From: Octopus sinensis
Lineage: Eukaryota
DNA length: 64,000 nucleotides
Direction of reading: 5' to 3'
Assembly: GCF_006345805.1 (NCBI RefSeq)
Contig: NC_042997.1
Coordinates: 170,128,001-170,192,000 of the forward strand
Positions within the stretch are counted from its first letter, which is position 1. Every line of letters begins with the position of its first letter. Made by a program: the position numbers and the translations under genes. This document shows, piece by piece, positions 1 to 13,960 of the stretch. The notes beneath the pieces are model-generated. The model made no database searches and had not been told where the DNA came from. It saw only the letters and a list, made by a program, of their open reading frames with translations.

Positions 1-260
1 ACAGATATGTGTGTGTTAATACATAGATACATACAGACAGGCAGATAAGAAGTCTCATTTCATGCTTGTGGTAATGTGTAATAGTAGTTATTTTTGTGAT
101 TTGACCGAGGCATCTTTGGGCAGTTACAAGGAGACTATGTTCATTAATAGGTAGCAATATGTTAAAGACTCCACCTGAACATCATATTTTTATATTGGAT
201 GATTTTTAAATGGTTTATTTAAAATATTTCATATTTTTATATTGACCTATCTTATTGCAG

Positions 261-3200
261 TATGGCTCGCTGGCACGAAATCTGTATGAATGCTCCATTT
301 GCAATGCAAGAAGTTCTGTTTGCATGGGAACATGGTGCTTTATCTGCTGATAACGTTAAGGTAATTATCATCATTTTGTAGTGTTTTGTTTTGTTTTTCC
401 TTTTGTGAATGCTTATTTTAATGTATTTTATTTATTTTTAAAATTGTCTTTTTAATTGAATCAGTGGGTTTTTAAAAGCTTATTTTAAAGTATAGCTAGA
501 TTGACAAGTGTATTAGCTGAGGCCTTGAGTAGCTATGTATGTTAAGCTATGTTTCTTTGGATCTGAAGACAAAAGCACGGTTGAATATAATGGAGGGAAA
601 ACAAATGTAGATTTCGTGTTTATCTACACAGAAGATTGGTCAAGATAAAAAATGGAATTGTATTTATTGGACACTACAGATCGATTAACATTGTCAAGAA
701 AGTTGACAAATGTCAGGATGAATTTAACTGCAGGTTAAAAAAAATCTTCAGCAAAAGAAATAAAAAGGAGGGAGCTACAGGCCCATGGCAAAGCTATCTG
801 CACTATTGCTATAGTCTTGTTAAACATAAACATGAAGCAAAAAAAGCAGTAATAGAAAGTGTTTTTAAGTTTATGAGAAAAAACTATGCATATTCACCCA
901 TCAGAGCAGCTGTGTGGCTTCCGTGCCAGTGGCACGTAAAAAGCACCATTTGAGCGTGATCGTTACCTGCGTTGCCTTACTGGCACGTGAACAAAACATT
1001 CGAGTAAGGTCATTGCCAGTGCCGCTGGACTGACTCCTGTGCAGGTGGCACGTAAAAAGCACAATTTGAGCGTGGCCATTGCCAGTACTGCCAGACTGGC
1101 CCTTGTGCTGGTGGCATGTAAAAACATCCACTACACTCTCGGAGTGGTTGGCGTTAGGAAGGGCATCCAGCTGTAGAAACCCTGCCAGATCAGATTGGAG
1201 CCTGGTGCAGCCATCTGGTTTGCCAATCCTCAGACAAATCGTCCAACCCATGCTAGCATGGAAAGCAGACGTTAAACGATGATGATGATGAACATTTGAT
1301 CATTTGTAGAGTAAATATGGACTGGAAGTTAAAAAGTTGAAGAAATCAGTATTTAAAAGTAGATTTAGTGTGATTTTCATTATTTTAAAACTATTTTGTA
1401 CTCGTTGACTTCTTTTTATTGAAGATGTTTTTACATTATTGCTATGGGTGTTGTTTTCTGAAGTAAATACAAAGTATGCCAGTATGTTGTAAATATTTTT
1501 ACTGCATTTCTTTATAGAGTTTTATATTTTTAAACCAATTTATTTTGAATATGGATTTTTTTTTAATACAGAATATATTAGATTGTGTAAAGAAAAAGAT
1601 GTGCTGTCTACCCGTCGTAGTATCAGCCTGGTTATGTAGTTACATGAACACAGTTGGTGAAGAAGCTCGATCAAAACCACATAACATGCTTGAACAACTC
1701 AGTCGTGTTAATCCAGATTCCCAAGGACAATATCCATCAGAAAATTATCATGAAAGGTAATTATCATTTCCTTGTTGAGTAATGATACAACACTTAGCAT
1801 GTCTTTTAAGTTTGAATTATTCATTAACAAAATACAGTAAACTTACTTTTCTCCAATCTCAGCTAATGCTATTGTTGTTAATGTATTTTTTTTTTGAGAT
1901 GCTTTGTGTTTCTTTCAATTAATTTTAAATATAACAAAGAATTTTGTAAAATAACTTGGTTACCATTCAGCTAGTGTTAGGAACATAAATTGTGACTAAG
2001 GTTTGGTGGAAGATTTTAATTCAAACAAGACATATGTACTCAGAGCCAGAGCCGGTTTCAGCCGGGTTGGTAATGAAAGGGTTAAAGATTTTGCCTGCAC
2101 ACTAATAATCCCCTAAACTTCTTTGTATTTCACATTGTCCACTGCTATCATATCTTCTCCAGCCATCTAATGAAATAGTCTTTGGTTTGTGGTTTTTCAC
2201 ACAGATGGCTTTTTCAATGCATCTGGTACACTTACAATCTTAATTACTTGCACAACATGAATATGACTGAATTGCTGACCCAACTTTTTTTCACCCTGAA
2301 CACAATCATCATCGTCACCAACATCATTATTTAACATCCATTTTCCATGCTGGTGTGGGTAGGACAGTTTGACAAGAGCTGCCTGGGCTCCATGTCTCTT
2401 TCGGCATGGTTTCTGTGGCTGATCCCCTTCCTAATGCCAAACACTTCACAGAGTGTACTGGGTGCTTTTACATGACACCAGCACCCTCAAGCCCACAAGA
2501 TAAGGATAGCCATTTCTAAAATATATGTATTAATGACCATTGCAATGATTTCTTCCCCTATAAGCTTGCTCACCCTATCCAGGACACCTGTTTGAATATT
2601 GATTTCAAATTTTGGTACAAAGTCAGCAAGTTTGGGGATGGGGTAAGTCAATTACATCAATCCTAGTGCTCAACTGTATTTCTTCTCCTGAGCCCAAGGC
2701 CTCATAAGGCTGGCTACCCAGTTTCCAGATGGCAGATCACAACACTCTCCTTGAATGGGATGCTGCTCTGTTGCCAGGTTCGAGGTCAGCAATTTTGAGG
2801 GGAGGAGGACAAGCCGATTTCATCAACTCTAGTAGTTGACTAGTACTTTATTTTATCAGCCTTAAAGGAATGGAAGGCAAAGTGAGATTTGTACTCAGAA
2901 TGTAAAGAGCCAGAAGAAATATGCTAAGCATTTTCTTGTATGTGCTAATGATTCTGTCAACTCACCACCTAGTTGCTTCATTGCTCCTTCATAACTATAA
3001 AACTTCCAGTCCCTGTCAAATGTCTCCTATAGGTCAGAAAATGTTGCTAACTTTTTTATTATTCTTCCGAGTCTTTCTATTAAACTCTTTAACTATAATG
3101 CTGTTGAACTAAAACTAATAAATAATTTCCAAAAATATTGACATTCTTAAGTATTTTAAAATAAAATTTTGTTCTTATTTCCTAATTCAATTTTTTTTTT

Positions 3201-5746
3201 ATAAAACAATTTTAGGTCTCATCTTATGAGTATAATTTTGTGCAAAATGAGTAATGATATTTTACCTGCCTCAAGACGCTCAACTGCTCAGCAGTATATT
3301 CCCCCAAAGGCTCTACCTGGCAAAGTCATGGATCAGACGACACAAGCCATATTTGAAAAAGGCTGGGTAGATTTACGGAGTCTACATGCTTTAGAACAAT
3401 TATTAAATTTATGTGGGTCTGACTGGTTTAGTGATAGGCTTGTTGCAGTAAGTATCCTTTTTCCTTTTCTTTTGTATTTGTTCCTTAACATATCAGTCAA
3501 TTTTCTCAATTTTATAATAATACTTTAAATACAAACAAGGTTGTATTCCAAGAGAGAAATATATAAAACTAGCAGTATTGCTTGGCGTTGCTTGGGTTTG
3601 TTTTGACCCTTTAGAATTGGAATTTTTGAAAAGTAAAAATTTTGCATTATGTAGCTTGTTATTTTCTTTAAGTGAACATTTTTCTGGTTGAAATACACTG
3701 AAAAATGGCAACACAGCAGTCAACACTAGTAAAAAATAGGGATTTTCATAGAAAAAAAACTACCTTTTTGATGTAAGTAATTTTTGGTGTTAACATGGTT
3801 CGATTTGAATTTTTTCTTCTGCGGAAGGAAGAGCAAACCTTCTTCTATCATACTCTCAATTTTGGTCAACTTGCGCCGCAGGGTCTCGGAGGAGATAGTG
3901 TTAGTTGAAGGCTACCAAACCTGCCATACACAGACAACTTCAGCTTTATATATATAGAGATTGGAGAAATATGTATTTATGAAAGTATCCTTAATGGCTG
4001 TATAGTTAAGAAGTCGCTTCATAACCACATAGTTCTGAGCTTGACTCTACTCCATGGCACCTTAGGCAAGTTTCTTACACAATAGCTTTGAGTGCCAATG
4101 CCTTACAAGTGGAATTTGGTAGATAGAAACTGTGCAGATGCTGTTTTATATGCATGTATATATCTTTTGATAATACATATTGTTGAAAGAGTTAAACAGT
4201 GTTGAGGAGAAAAAAATACCCTGTATAATATTTGTTGTGCCTCAGTTGCACATCCAATCCCTTGTCACTTGAGCCATTAAAAATGCAGTGATTTAGTTAC
4301 TGTTGGAAACTAACCAGCAATATTTGTTATTGTTCTGCAAATGCAATGGCCTGGTTCTCCGTCAGTTATAACGTGTGTTCCAGTTGATGCAATTGATTGA
4401 ACAGCCTGCTCATGAAATTAACATGCAAGTGGTTGATCACTTGACAGTCACAGGGACGCTTAACATATTTCTCAGGGAGGTTCAACATGACACAGAGTGT
4501 GACAAGGCTGGCCCTTTGAATTACAGGTACTATTCAGTTTTACCAGCTGAGTAGACTTGAGCAATGAGAAATAGTGTCTTGCTCAGTGACACAGCCAGGA
4601 ATCAGACTCATAACATTACAATTGTGAGCCAAATTTCCAGCTACTATGCCACAAACCTCCTCCAAATACTATATAAAGTGAAATAATAGGCACAGGAATG
4701 GCTGTGTAGTAAGAATCTTGCTTCCCAACCACATAGTTCCAGGTTCAGTCCCACTGTGTGGCACCCTGGACAAGTGTCTTCTACTATAGCCTCGGGCCAA
4801 CCAAAGCCTTATGAGTGGATTTGGTAGAGACGGAAACTGAAAGAAGCCCATCATATATATGTGTGTGTGTATTTGTTATTTATGTCTGTGTTTGTTCCCC
4901 CGCTATTGCTTGACAACTGATGTTGGTATGTTTACATCCCTGTGTCTTGGCGATTTGGCAAAAAGAGACCAATAGAATAAGTCCTGGGGTCGATTTGCTT
5001 GGCTAAAGGCAATGCTCCAGCATGGCCACAGTCAAATGACTGAAACACCTAAAAGAATGCAAGTATCCTATTTCCATAAAGTGAAAGTATACTGCCTTAC
5101 ACTAGCCACCATATCTAACTGCGTTTAAATATAATCTCCTTGCCAGTGATTTCAGTTACTATTAGCCAATGAAGTACATTTTATTAAACACTGTTTCATT
5201 ATCATGAATAATATTTAATTGACTTATTGCTGTACATTTCAAAGATGCTTAACGAGTTCAAATTTCTTGTTCCTGCAGATGATGCTAGCTGGTAATCGGC
5301 TTGAAGATTTATCCTTATCTCTTAGTTTATCATTTGCTCTTTGCCACATGGACCTTGAGAATATCAGCTTAAGTCTGCTGTTACACACTCTTCCCAACAT
5401 ACTGAGTTCCCGACATAAAATGCATATGCTCGTCAATCCCCGAGGTGCAATGTTAGCAAAACTATGTGTTATGTGCATTGTAGGAGCTCAGATGGCAAAA
5501 TCAAATAGTAAAGGTGAGTGTATTTAATAGTAGAATCCTCTGTGTGCGTGTCTCCCTCTCAGCTACTACACACATTTTTTTTCTCTCCTTGTTTTTTTGT
5601 GTATCTTTCTGTAGAAGAGCGTAGACTCGAAACGTATAAGACTTTTTCTATTCCTGAGCGCTATACTAATACATCTGTTTGTTTGTACACCACCTGCCTT
5701 CGTCTTTTGTTTATTTTCGTAAACTTTCCCTTTATATATATATATA

Positions 5747-5791
<45 letters not shown>

Positions 5792-8700
5792 TAGCAGCTC
5801 ATGGTATTTGCTTGTTTTTGTAATTTTCAGATTCATTCCATTACACTAAAAGAGGACGAAAACGCCCATTCCATGAAGTAGACTGGGAGGTAAGTATTAG
5901 TTTTATTTAGCAGTCAGGCCCCAATATCTTTATGTAAAAAATATATAAATTATTGTGTATTGAGATTCAGATTATTTTATAGAATTTTCAAAAATATCAT
6001 CCTTATTATTATGGATATTGTAAAAATGGATCCATCTTTTTTTAATTTGGAAGCATCTCTTGTAATTATCTCATATTAAGCACCATTCTAGTGTGGTTGT
6101 TGCCAGTGCCACCTGACTGGCTCCTCTGCTGGTAGCATGTAAAAAGCGCCATTCAAGCGTGGTCAATGCCTGTATTGCCTGACTGGCCTCATGCTGGTGA
6201 TGCATAAAAATCACCCACTACATTCTTGGAGTGGTTGGCATTAGGAAGGGCATCCAGCTGTAGAAACCTTGCCAGATCAGATTGGAGCCTGGTACAGTCT
6301 TCTGGTTTGCCAGTTCTCAGTCAAACTGTTCAACCCATGCCAGCATGGAAAGCAGACATTAAACGATGATGATGATGATTAAGATGGCTGTTGTACGATC
6401 ACTGATCCCTCAAGAGCTTGATAAAATATCGCATTTTATTATAAACTATGGTACATTACGGTTCGGTTTTGCTTCATTTCACTGAACCATAGTGAAATGA
6501 GTTTTAATCACCAAACAGTGAGCGATGAGTATTACTTTCCTCTCTCTGGCATTCATAACCAGAACCAGCTTTATGACTTTCACAGTTTTCAAATTTGAAA
6601 GTATTTGATAGCTAAAATGTCATAGCACAACTGCATGCACATTATCTACAGATGCTCTGTCTCTCTCTCTTTCTCATCATATATATGTATGGATATATAT
6701 ATCTATAGGGTTTCTGTTGTGGTGTACAGATTCTATATTAATAAAAGAAGTAGACAGAAGGTGTGGTACTGTTTTATTAATTATATTGTTTTAGTGCTTT
6801 CTTTCTTTATAGACCTCAAAAATTATATTTTTGAGCACTTTTGTTCTTCATAGACCTTCTCAAAAATTCATGTTATAAACCATTTTCACCAACTTCTGGC
6901 TACTTTCTACAAGCCAATATAACAGTTGGTGTCATGAAGTTTACAACTCACAGTAGAATGCTAAGTTCACTGTAGACCCACTACATGTTATTCATGAATA
7001 TTATTAGACTTAAGAATGCTTTGCTTCACAGAATTAATGTTCTGCTAAACCATTATAATGTTGAAATAGAAGTAATGTTAGTATCTTTGTTGCACATTTT
7101 ATTTAACATGCACCATTATCATCATTTAATGTCCACCTCCCATGCTACCATGGGTTGGACAGTTTGACAGCAGCTGGCTAAGTAGGAGCTTACACCAGAC
7201 TCCTGTGTCTGTTTTGGCATGGTTTTTAATGGCTGGATGCCCTTTATGTGGGTCTGACTGGTTTAGTGATAGGCTTGTTGCAGTAAGTATCCTTTTTTCC
7301 TTTTCTTTGTTCCCTTAACATATCAGTCAATTTTCTCAATTTTATAATAATACTTTAAATACAAACAAGGTTGTATTCCAAGAGAGTGGGCTGAGTACTT
7401 TTTACATGGCATCAATGCAGGTGAGGTCAGTTTTGGCATGGTTTTTACAGCTGGGTGCCCTTCCAAATGCCAACCACTTCACAGTGTGGACTGGATGCTT
7501 TTTACATGGTGCCAGCACTGGCAGGATCACCAAGTAACTTGCAAGACAAGGAATATTTGAGTGGGGAGGGGGCATTGGAGGAGGTGATCTTGTGTCAGAT
7601 GATTAATTACTAAATCAAAATAATTTGAAGTAAAGAAAGGGCAATATTTTATGACTATTGCAATAATGAAAATTAATTTTATTCTTGTAACATTTTCCCT
7701 TTCAGGAACCTGAAGATGAAAATAGAAAAAACAAAATGCGTAAAGTTCATGAACCTCAAATTACACTCGACTCAGAAGGTTTTAATTTGGGTAAATATAA
7801 ATATAAATATAATTTTTGTTCTATAAAAATAGCCTTGCTTGTCTTTTATTAAATTCATTTGAAATGTTATTCATAGGAATGATTACTATTGTTGATATCT
7901 TTCACATTGACTACTCTTTATGACTTGCAGATTTCATTACTGCCAAAGAAGAAGGTGAACCATCACCACCCTATGATACTAAAGATCCTTTGAACAAAGC
8001 AGTCTGTAAGTAAATGTTTAAATTATGTTAGTTATCTGAAAACCATTGTATGTAATATTTGTTTCAGATTTTGGCACAAGACCAGCAACTTCAGGGGAAG
8101 GATAAGTCAATTACATCAACCCCCAAAAAGATGAAAGCCAAAGTCGACCTCAACAGAATTTGAACTCAGAACATAAAGATGGACAAAATGCTTCTAAGCA
8201 TTTTACCTGGCATGCTAATGAGTCTTCTAGCTTTCTTACTTGTAATATTACCTAATGATATACGATATACACTCAGTGGTTAGAGTGTCGGGCTCACAAT
8301 CACGAGATAGCGAGTTCAATTCACAGGCTGGGCTGCATGTTGTGTTTTTGAGCAAGACACTTTATTTCATGTTACTACAGTTCACTCAGCTGTGGAAATG
8401 AGTTGCAACATCACTGGTGCCTTTGCCTTTTCCTTGGATAACGTCATTGGCATGGAGAGGGGAGGTTGGTATGCATGGGCAACTGCTGGTCTTTTATAAA
8501 CAACCTTGCCTAGACTTGTGCCTCAGAGGGGAACTTTCTAGGTGCAATCCTAGGATCATTCACAACTGAAGGGGGTCTTTACCCTTTATAAGAATATACA
8601 TGTAACAACAATAATATTTCATACACACACATATATAAAACCATAATCATCTTCATTTAAACCTCATCAGCTGTAGAAAAATGGCTAAAAGGGAATGTCC

Positions 8701-10980
8701 AAGAAAGATATAAACTCTACTATCTGCTTCATAAGGTACCCATCTATGAGGACAGTAACTCTGAATAAGAACTGGTGCAGAGAACATTTTTGTTGTCTTT
8801 AACATGTTGACATAGATTGTTGTTGACCATGTCACTTACCTCCTGACTGACTGGGCAAGTCAAAGATTATGCCTCACTTGTAGATTCTGTTTTGGTATAT
8901 TTTCTGTAGCTAGATACCCTTCCTATCACCAACCATTTTGCAAAGTGCACTCAGAGTGCAACAAAGATTGTAATATTACTTGTGGAGGCACGTGACTTAG
9001 TGGTTAGGGTGTCAGCATCATGATCATAAGATTGTGGTTTCGATTCCTGGACCGGGTGACGCGTTGTGTTCTTGAGCAAAACACTTCATTTCACGTTGCT
9101 CCAGTCCACTCAGCTGGCAAAAATGAGTAACGCTGCGATGGACTGGCGTCCTGTCCAGCTGGGGAACACATACGCCATAGAAACCGGGAAACTGGGCCCA
9201 TCAGACATCATAACCTCTTTTACTAAAGAGGTTATGATGTCTTCAACAAGACTAAAATGTTTTCTCTATGCTACATCCTTTCTGTTCGTTTGTCAACCAT
9301 TTTACAGAGTGTACTGGGTACATTTTATCATGGTCTCAGCACTAGAGAAGCCACACAAATACTAGATATATGATTTGCTAGTTTATTAAGTAGATATTTG
9401 GCTCAAAATCAGTGAGTGGAGTCAACCTTAGAAAATAATAAACTAACATAGACTCTTGGAAGAAAGTTGTGCATGGTATTCATCAATGGTATGAATTTCC
9501 ACTTCCAAACATCTTTCAGAAAATGGCTCTATTGTATGCAGAAAGTGAGTAAAAACTTTGTTGACTGTTTATGTACTTTTTTTTATTATAAGTTATAGAT
9601 ATCTTACATTGACTAGGTGACATCGTATTGGAGATGAAGGAAATAGTTGTGTAATGGGTTAAGTATATAGAAACAGAGTGAGAAGTTTAGGGATGATTAT
9701 ATAGATTTAATGTTTTGATGAGGAGATGCACTATATGACATATTTGTTGGAAATTGCCTGACTTTGAACTATGTTCAGATCTAATTCTTATGACTGTATA
9801 TGTGCGAAGTAGGAGAAGATTAAATATTTACTCTATCAACTGATATCTTTGAAGTTAAATTTTCGTAATATTCAAATATTTTCTTTCCTCTCAATAGTGA
9901 ATCTCATGAGGATGATGAACTCACTCTTACATAGCAGTATAATCAGCCCTCGAACTGGTTTTGTAGCTGCACTTATTGAAGAAGCAGTACGATGTGGCAG
10001 GCAATATTCTCGTCTTATTCTTCAATTCATGCCTCAAGGAATGGTAGGTTTACAACGTTATTTTTATTTTTTTTTTTTTTTTTATTCTGAAGAAAACAAA
10101 TGTTATCAATATGTTGAAAAATAATCCCAGAATCACTTCATCAGAAGTGTTTATATGGACTCAATATCTTTACTTTAAAAATTGTATATTAATAATTTGT
10201 AGATAGTGTTTGTTTAATTCAATAAATTTTCATTTTATGACATTACATTTGAAATTCATGCTGATATTAGAAAAAAGATTAAGTCCCACCATTCAACCTG
10301 TCTGACACTTTCATAAAATGCTTGTAATAATCTAGCCAGACTAAATTGTCTCATCTACCCTACATTTTCTTTAATCCTTCATTGGGGACTGGTTACATTA
10401 CTAGTAATGGTTTCTTTAATTCAGGAGGAATTTTTTTTCCTTGAAGTATGGAATAACTTTTGAGTTAATGCAGGCATTAAAGCAAATTAATATTTTTTCA
10501 CTAGTCTAAAATTTGATTATTTTCTAAATAAATACTAGTTATTTTTAGATTGACATTGTATGGTTGGTGTGAGAGGCTAAATCTGGTCTGTTTGAACATA
10601 AAACTGGTAGAATAATTGGGTCTGATATGGCCAGTTTAAATACTAATAGGTTAAATCATTGAAAATGTAAAATTAATCACTCCAAATCCTTGGAGAGATT
10701 CAAACTTTGTATTGTTAAGTTGCCTTCTGCCATCTGATTGATTGATTGATAATATAGGTAACAATGTAAATGAATCTGTTTTTAGTAGCTAAATGTTTAA
10801 GGTACTTGGTTCATAGCCTTTTGGGCATTGATTTATAATTGTTAAATATATATAAAATGTTTCAGTCTCTATAGACAACAACATCAGTAAAAGTGAAGAA
10901 TATAAACCAAAGCCTTTTAATGAATAGTGTTCCCTAAGAAAGGACTTAGAAATGAAAACAAAGATTTGTCAAAGAGAAAC

Positions 10981-11027
<47 letters not shown>

Positions 11028-11445
11028 TTTTCAATCCAAAGGATGTCAGGAAAATGTCTTTTTAGTCAGATACAAAGTTTGGGATTTATGGAAAAAAGGT
11101 AAAAAGAAGTTTGGACATGCATGACCTCCCTAAGCAAATTAGCACCTTAATTAAAAATGATTCAAACTGGGAATCAAAACTAGTTTATGAATTGAATTTG
11201 CTGAGTAATTAGAAATTCACTGCAGTGTCTGCCATTATAGAAATAGTAAAAATGAAAATTTCTTGATTATTGACTGTTATAACATTACTGTAAACTTCCT
11301 GTTTCAGGTTACTCAGTTATTAAAATGTTTACCAGGATCTCTAACAAATCAACAAATTCTCTCTATATGTGATTTATCCACCACTGTGGGACGTAAAGTA
11401 GCAGCTAAAGCAATATACCAAAATGCACAGATGAAAAAAGTATAA
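261..11445 (+). CDS. MED24: Mediator complex subunit 24, 3' part (5' exons lie outside the window)
   Basis: GT-AG exons with consistent phases: 261-360, 1572-1756, 3216-3447, 5279-5513, 5831-5889, 7706-7790, 7931-8005, 9898-10043, 11308-11445 (TAA). Peptides RWHEICMN..AWEHG, FEKGWVD, NPRGAMLAKL, KDPLNKA, ILQFMP and DLSTTVGRKVAAKAI match the human MED24 C-terminal half as recalled. AATAAA at 11477-11482. Confidence 0.93.
895..1291 (+). mobile_element. RTE 3'-tail repeat (truncated LINE or partner SINE)
   Basis: Repeated GCCxGTGGCACGTAAAAAGCACC modules plus the same terminal segment and (GAT)n tail as the LINE at 55600-55800. Confidence 0.85.
3569..3960 (-). mobile_element. Non-autonomous Helitron-like element
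   Basis: On the minus strand it starts TCTCTATATATATAAAG and ends CTAG, preceded by a degenerate GC-rich hairpin; A/T flanks, no TSD. Confidence 0.6.
4689..5058 (+). mobile_element. tRNA-derived SINE, family A
   Basis: A/B-box-like head, central CCTGGACAAGTGTCTT, TG-rich middle, tail GACTGAAACA..AAAAGA; sister copy at 26189-26568. Confidence 0.8.
5733..5790. repeat. (TA)n microsatellite
   Basis: Directly visible; others at about 10986-11026, 50517-50556, 51049-51088 and 63740-63766. Confidence 0.95.
6078..6379 (+). mobile_element. RTE 3'-tail repeat
   Basis: Same family as 895-1291, with (GAT)n tail. Confidence 0.8.
7243..7386 (+). repeat. Local duplicate of the MED24 exon/intron junction 3408-3556
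   Basis: Nearly identical 144 vs 149 bp, including 40 nt of coding exon and the GTAAGT donor. Confidence 0.93.
8272..8588 (+). mobile_element. tRNA-derived SINE, family C
   Basis: CAGTGGTTAGAGTG..GAGTTCAATT head; reverse-orientation copy at about 25296-25620. Confidence 0.72.
8986..9198 (+). mobile_element. tRNA-derived SINE, family B
   Basis: Head with TAGTGG and TTCGATTCC boxes; nearly identical copy at 61868-62115. Confidence 0.8.
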
Positions 11446-11539
11446 AATAACATTTCTTTTTTTTTTTTTTTTTATAAATAAAATTATAAATAATTTTCCC
11501 TTGTCTGTTTTTATTTCTTACATTATGATCATCATCATT

Positions 11540-11757
11540 TTAACCCTTTAGCATTCACATTATTCTGTCAAAAGTAATGCGTATTTATTCACATCGTTTA
11601 GAATTAATCATGCATTATCTCATAGCTTTGGGATATTGATGAGGCAACTGTTAATTTTTAGTATGATTTTTTAGGGTTGGTGTGAGAGGCCAGGTTTGGC
11701 CAGTTTGAACATAAATATTTAGGCTTCATGTGGCTAGCTTAAATGCTAAAGGGTTAA
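11540..11757. mobile_element. piggyBac-like MITE
   Basis: TTAA-CCCTTTAGCATT ... AATGCTAAAGGG-TTAA termini. Related pieces at about 32022-32205 and 56371-56605. Confidence 0.75.
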
Positions 11758-13292
11758 TGTCTACTTTTCCATGCCTGCATAGTTCAGATGAGAGTACAAT
11801 GGGGATGAGTTTTTACAGTTGGGTGCCTTTCCTGTCACCAACCCTATTTGTTTTGAGGTGAGGTAATAATCACTCAGTCTCTTGAACAACAAACAACCTA
11901 GCCATGTTTATGCTGGGAACTGGAAACAAATGGTAGCAGCTGAATGAGCATTTTCTTTACAAAGATCATGCAACATATCAAGTTAAGTTAAGAAACCCAG
12001 ACATGCTTTTATGGTAGCCTGCAATCGAATGACTGTTATGAAGGACTTTATTACAAACCAGCAAACAAGGGAAATATGAACTCCCACAAACACATACTTG
12101 TCCATATTGTTATAAAGTTTGAGTTACAACAATAGTTTCATTTCTTGTAATAACAACAGCACATTTGTCAACACCTTATTTATTTCGTCTCTTTGCTTAT
12201 TGTTTAATTGGTCACAAGCATGCTATCAAGATTCAGCCAAGTCCTGAGCTTTTTATTCATTAATATATGATCCCAAAACTTAAGACAGGAAGCTAACAGA
12301 ATTGTTAGCACACCAGGCAAAATGTTTAGTGGCATTTCATCCGTCTTTACATTCTGAGTTCAAATTTCACCATGGTCAGCTTTGCATTTCATCCATTCAA
12401 GTTCAACAAAATAAGTCAAGTGCTGGGGTTGATGTAATTGACTTATCTCCTCTCGAAATTGCTGGCCTTGTACCAGAATTTAAAACCAGTATGTGATCCC
12501 AAAACTCTTGTTTTGGATTTCCACCTCTGGCTTCAAACACAAACACCATATGTAATAAAAATGTATTTATTGATAATAAAATGATTTTCATCATCATCAT
12601 CATTTAACATCTATTTTTGGACAGTTTGATTGAAAACTGGTAAGCTGCACCAGGTTCCAGTCTGACTTGGCATGGTTTCTGCAGCTGGATGCCCTTGCTA
12701 ACACCAACCACTTCAAGATGGTACCTGATTCATAAGAAAGTACTAAAATCATATAAAGTCCTAGTTATAATAATTTTATTTTGTTAGAAAGTTACTAAAA
12801 TTATAAAGTCTGAACAATAGTAGTTTAATAGAGGAAAACTTCATGTGTCTGCACCTTTTTAACTGCTTCACCCTCCCATCCCCACCTTTAATAAAGAGAT
12901 TTGATTTACTCCCCTGACTATTCATTACCAACTCTTCCTTTATGTATAGGTACGCAGTTTGAGTATACTCCTTTCCGGCATCCCATGCTGTTATGCATGT
13001 GTATAGTATATATTTGTGTGTAATGCATACATATGTAAGATATATACTGGGGGAGTGTATGAAGACACCATCACTGTTTCTCCTTGATGTTGCATCCTCT
13101 TAGCTTCTTTTTTCCAGCAAGCTAGAACCCTCCTTATCCCCTTCTTTTCCTCTCCTTTCTTGCAGGTACTTGCCCTTGATAGTTTGTAGGATTGAGGAAA
13201 ATTGTAATTCATTGAAATAGTAATCATTTAATTGGACATGTATAGGAGCCCTCTGCTAGTTGGCAAGCGTTCACTCAATTTTTTTCCTTTCA

Positions 13293-13960
13293 GATGCTAA
13301 CCACAGTACCCACAACTACTCTCCAGCTTTTCCTACAAGTCACAACTTAAGAGCTGCTATAATCAATATTGATTTAATGAAAGGTAGATTTGTTGAAATT
13401 CTAGGGCAGAAGCATATAGATGTGTGTTGTGTGCAATAGGTGAAATGGAAGGGGATCTCAGCTAGACTCCTCATGGGCAAGGAACAAAGATAAAAATTCT
13501 TTTGGGTGGACAGCAGTGATGGAATGGGTGGTGTAGACAAACTTTTGACAGAAAAACATGATGATAGACTGATTGATGTGATAGGATAATTAAGCTGGGA
13601 CTAATAATGTCCGATAAAGTACCAGCACCATCTTTACTCATACTGCACAAGCTGGGCTGGCAGATTAACAGAAGGACCAATTTTACAACACCCTTTTGCA
13701 GAATAACTCAGTAATGATCTTCTTGTAGTTGGTGACTTCAACAGACATATTGGACAACACCCCATTGGATTCCAGGGCTTACATGGAGGTTACAGCTTTG
13801 TTTCTAGAAATGAGGAGAGAACAAGATAGTTGGTGTTCTGTAATGCAATTGAGTCAATGATCAGCAGCACTAACTTCAGGGAACCAGTCAGCCAGCCACC
13901 TGATCAGCTATTAGTATGGTGAACATGAAGAATGTACAACCCTTTCATAGGTTCGTGACT
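13293..13960 (+). mobile_element. Degenerate RTE endonuclease fragment
   Basis: Contains VGDFNRHIG..GLHGGYSF and TNFR remnants homologous to 52170-52870, with many stops. Confidence 0.7.

Noticed and set aside
895-1130. CRISPR-like repeat-spacer array of GTGGCACGTAAAAAGCACC
   Set aside because: Eukaryotic context; spacers are related to each other and the unit is part of an RTE 3' UTR.
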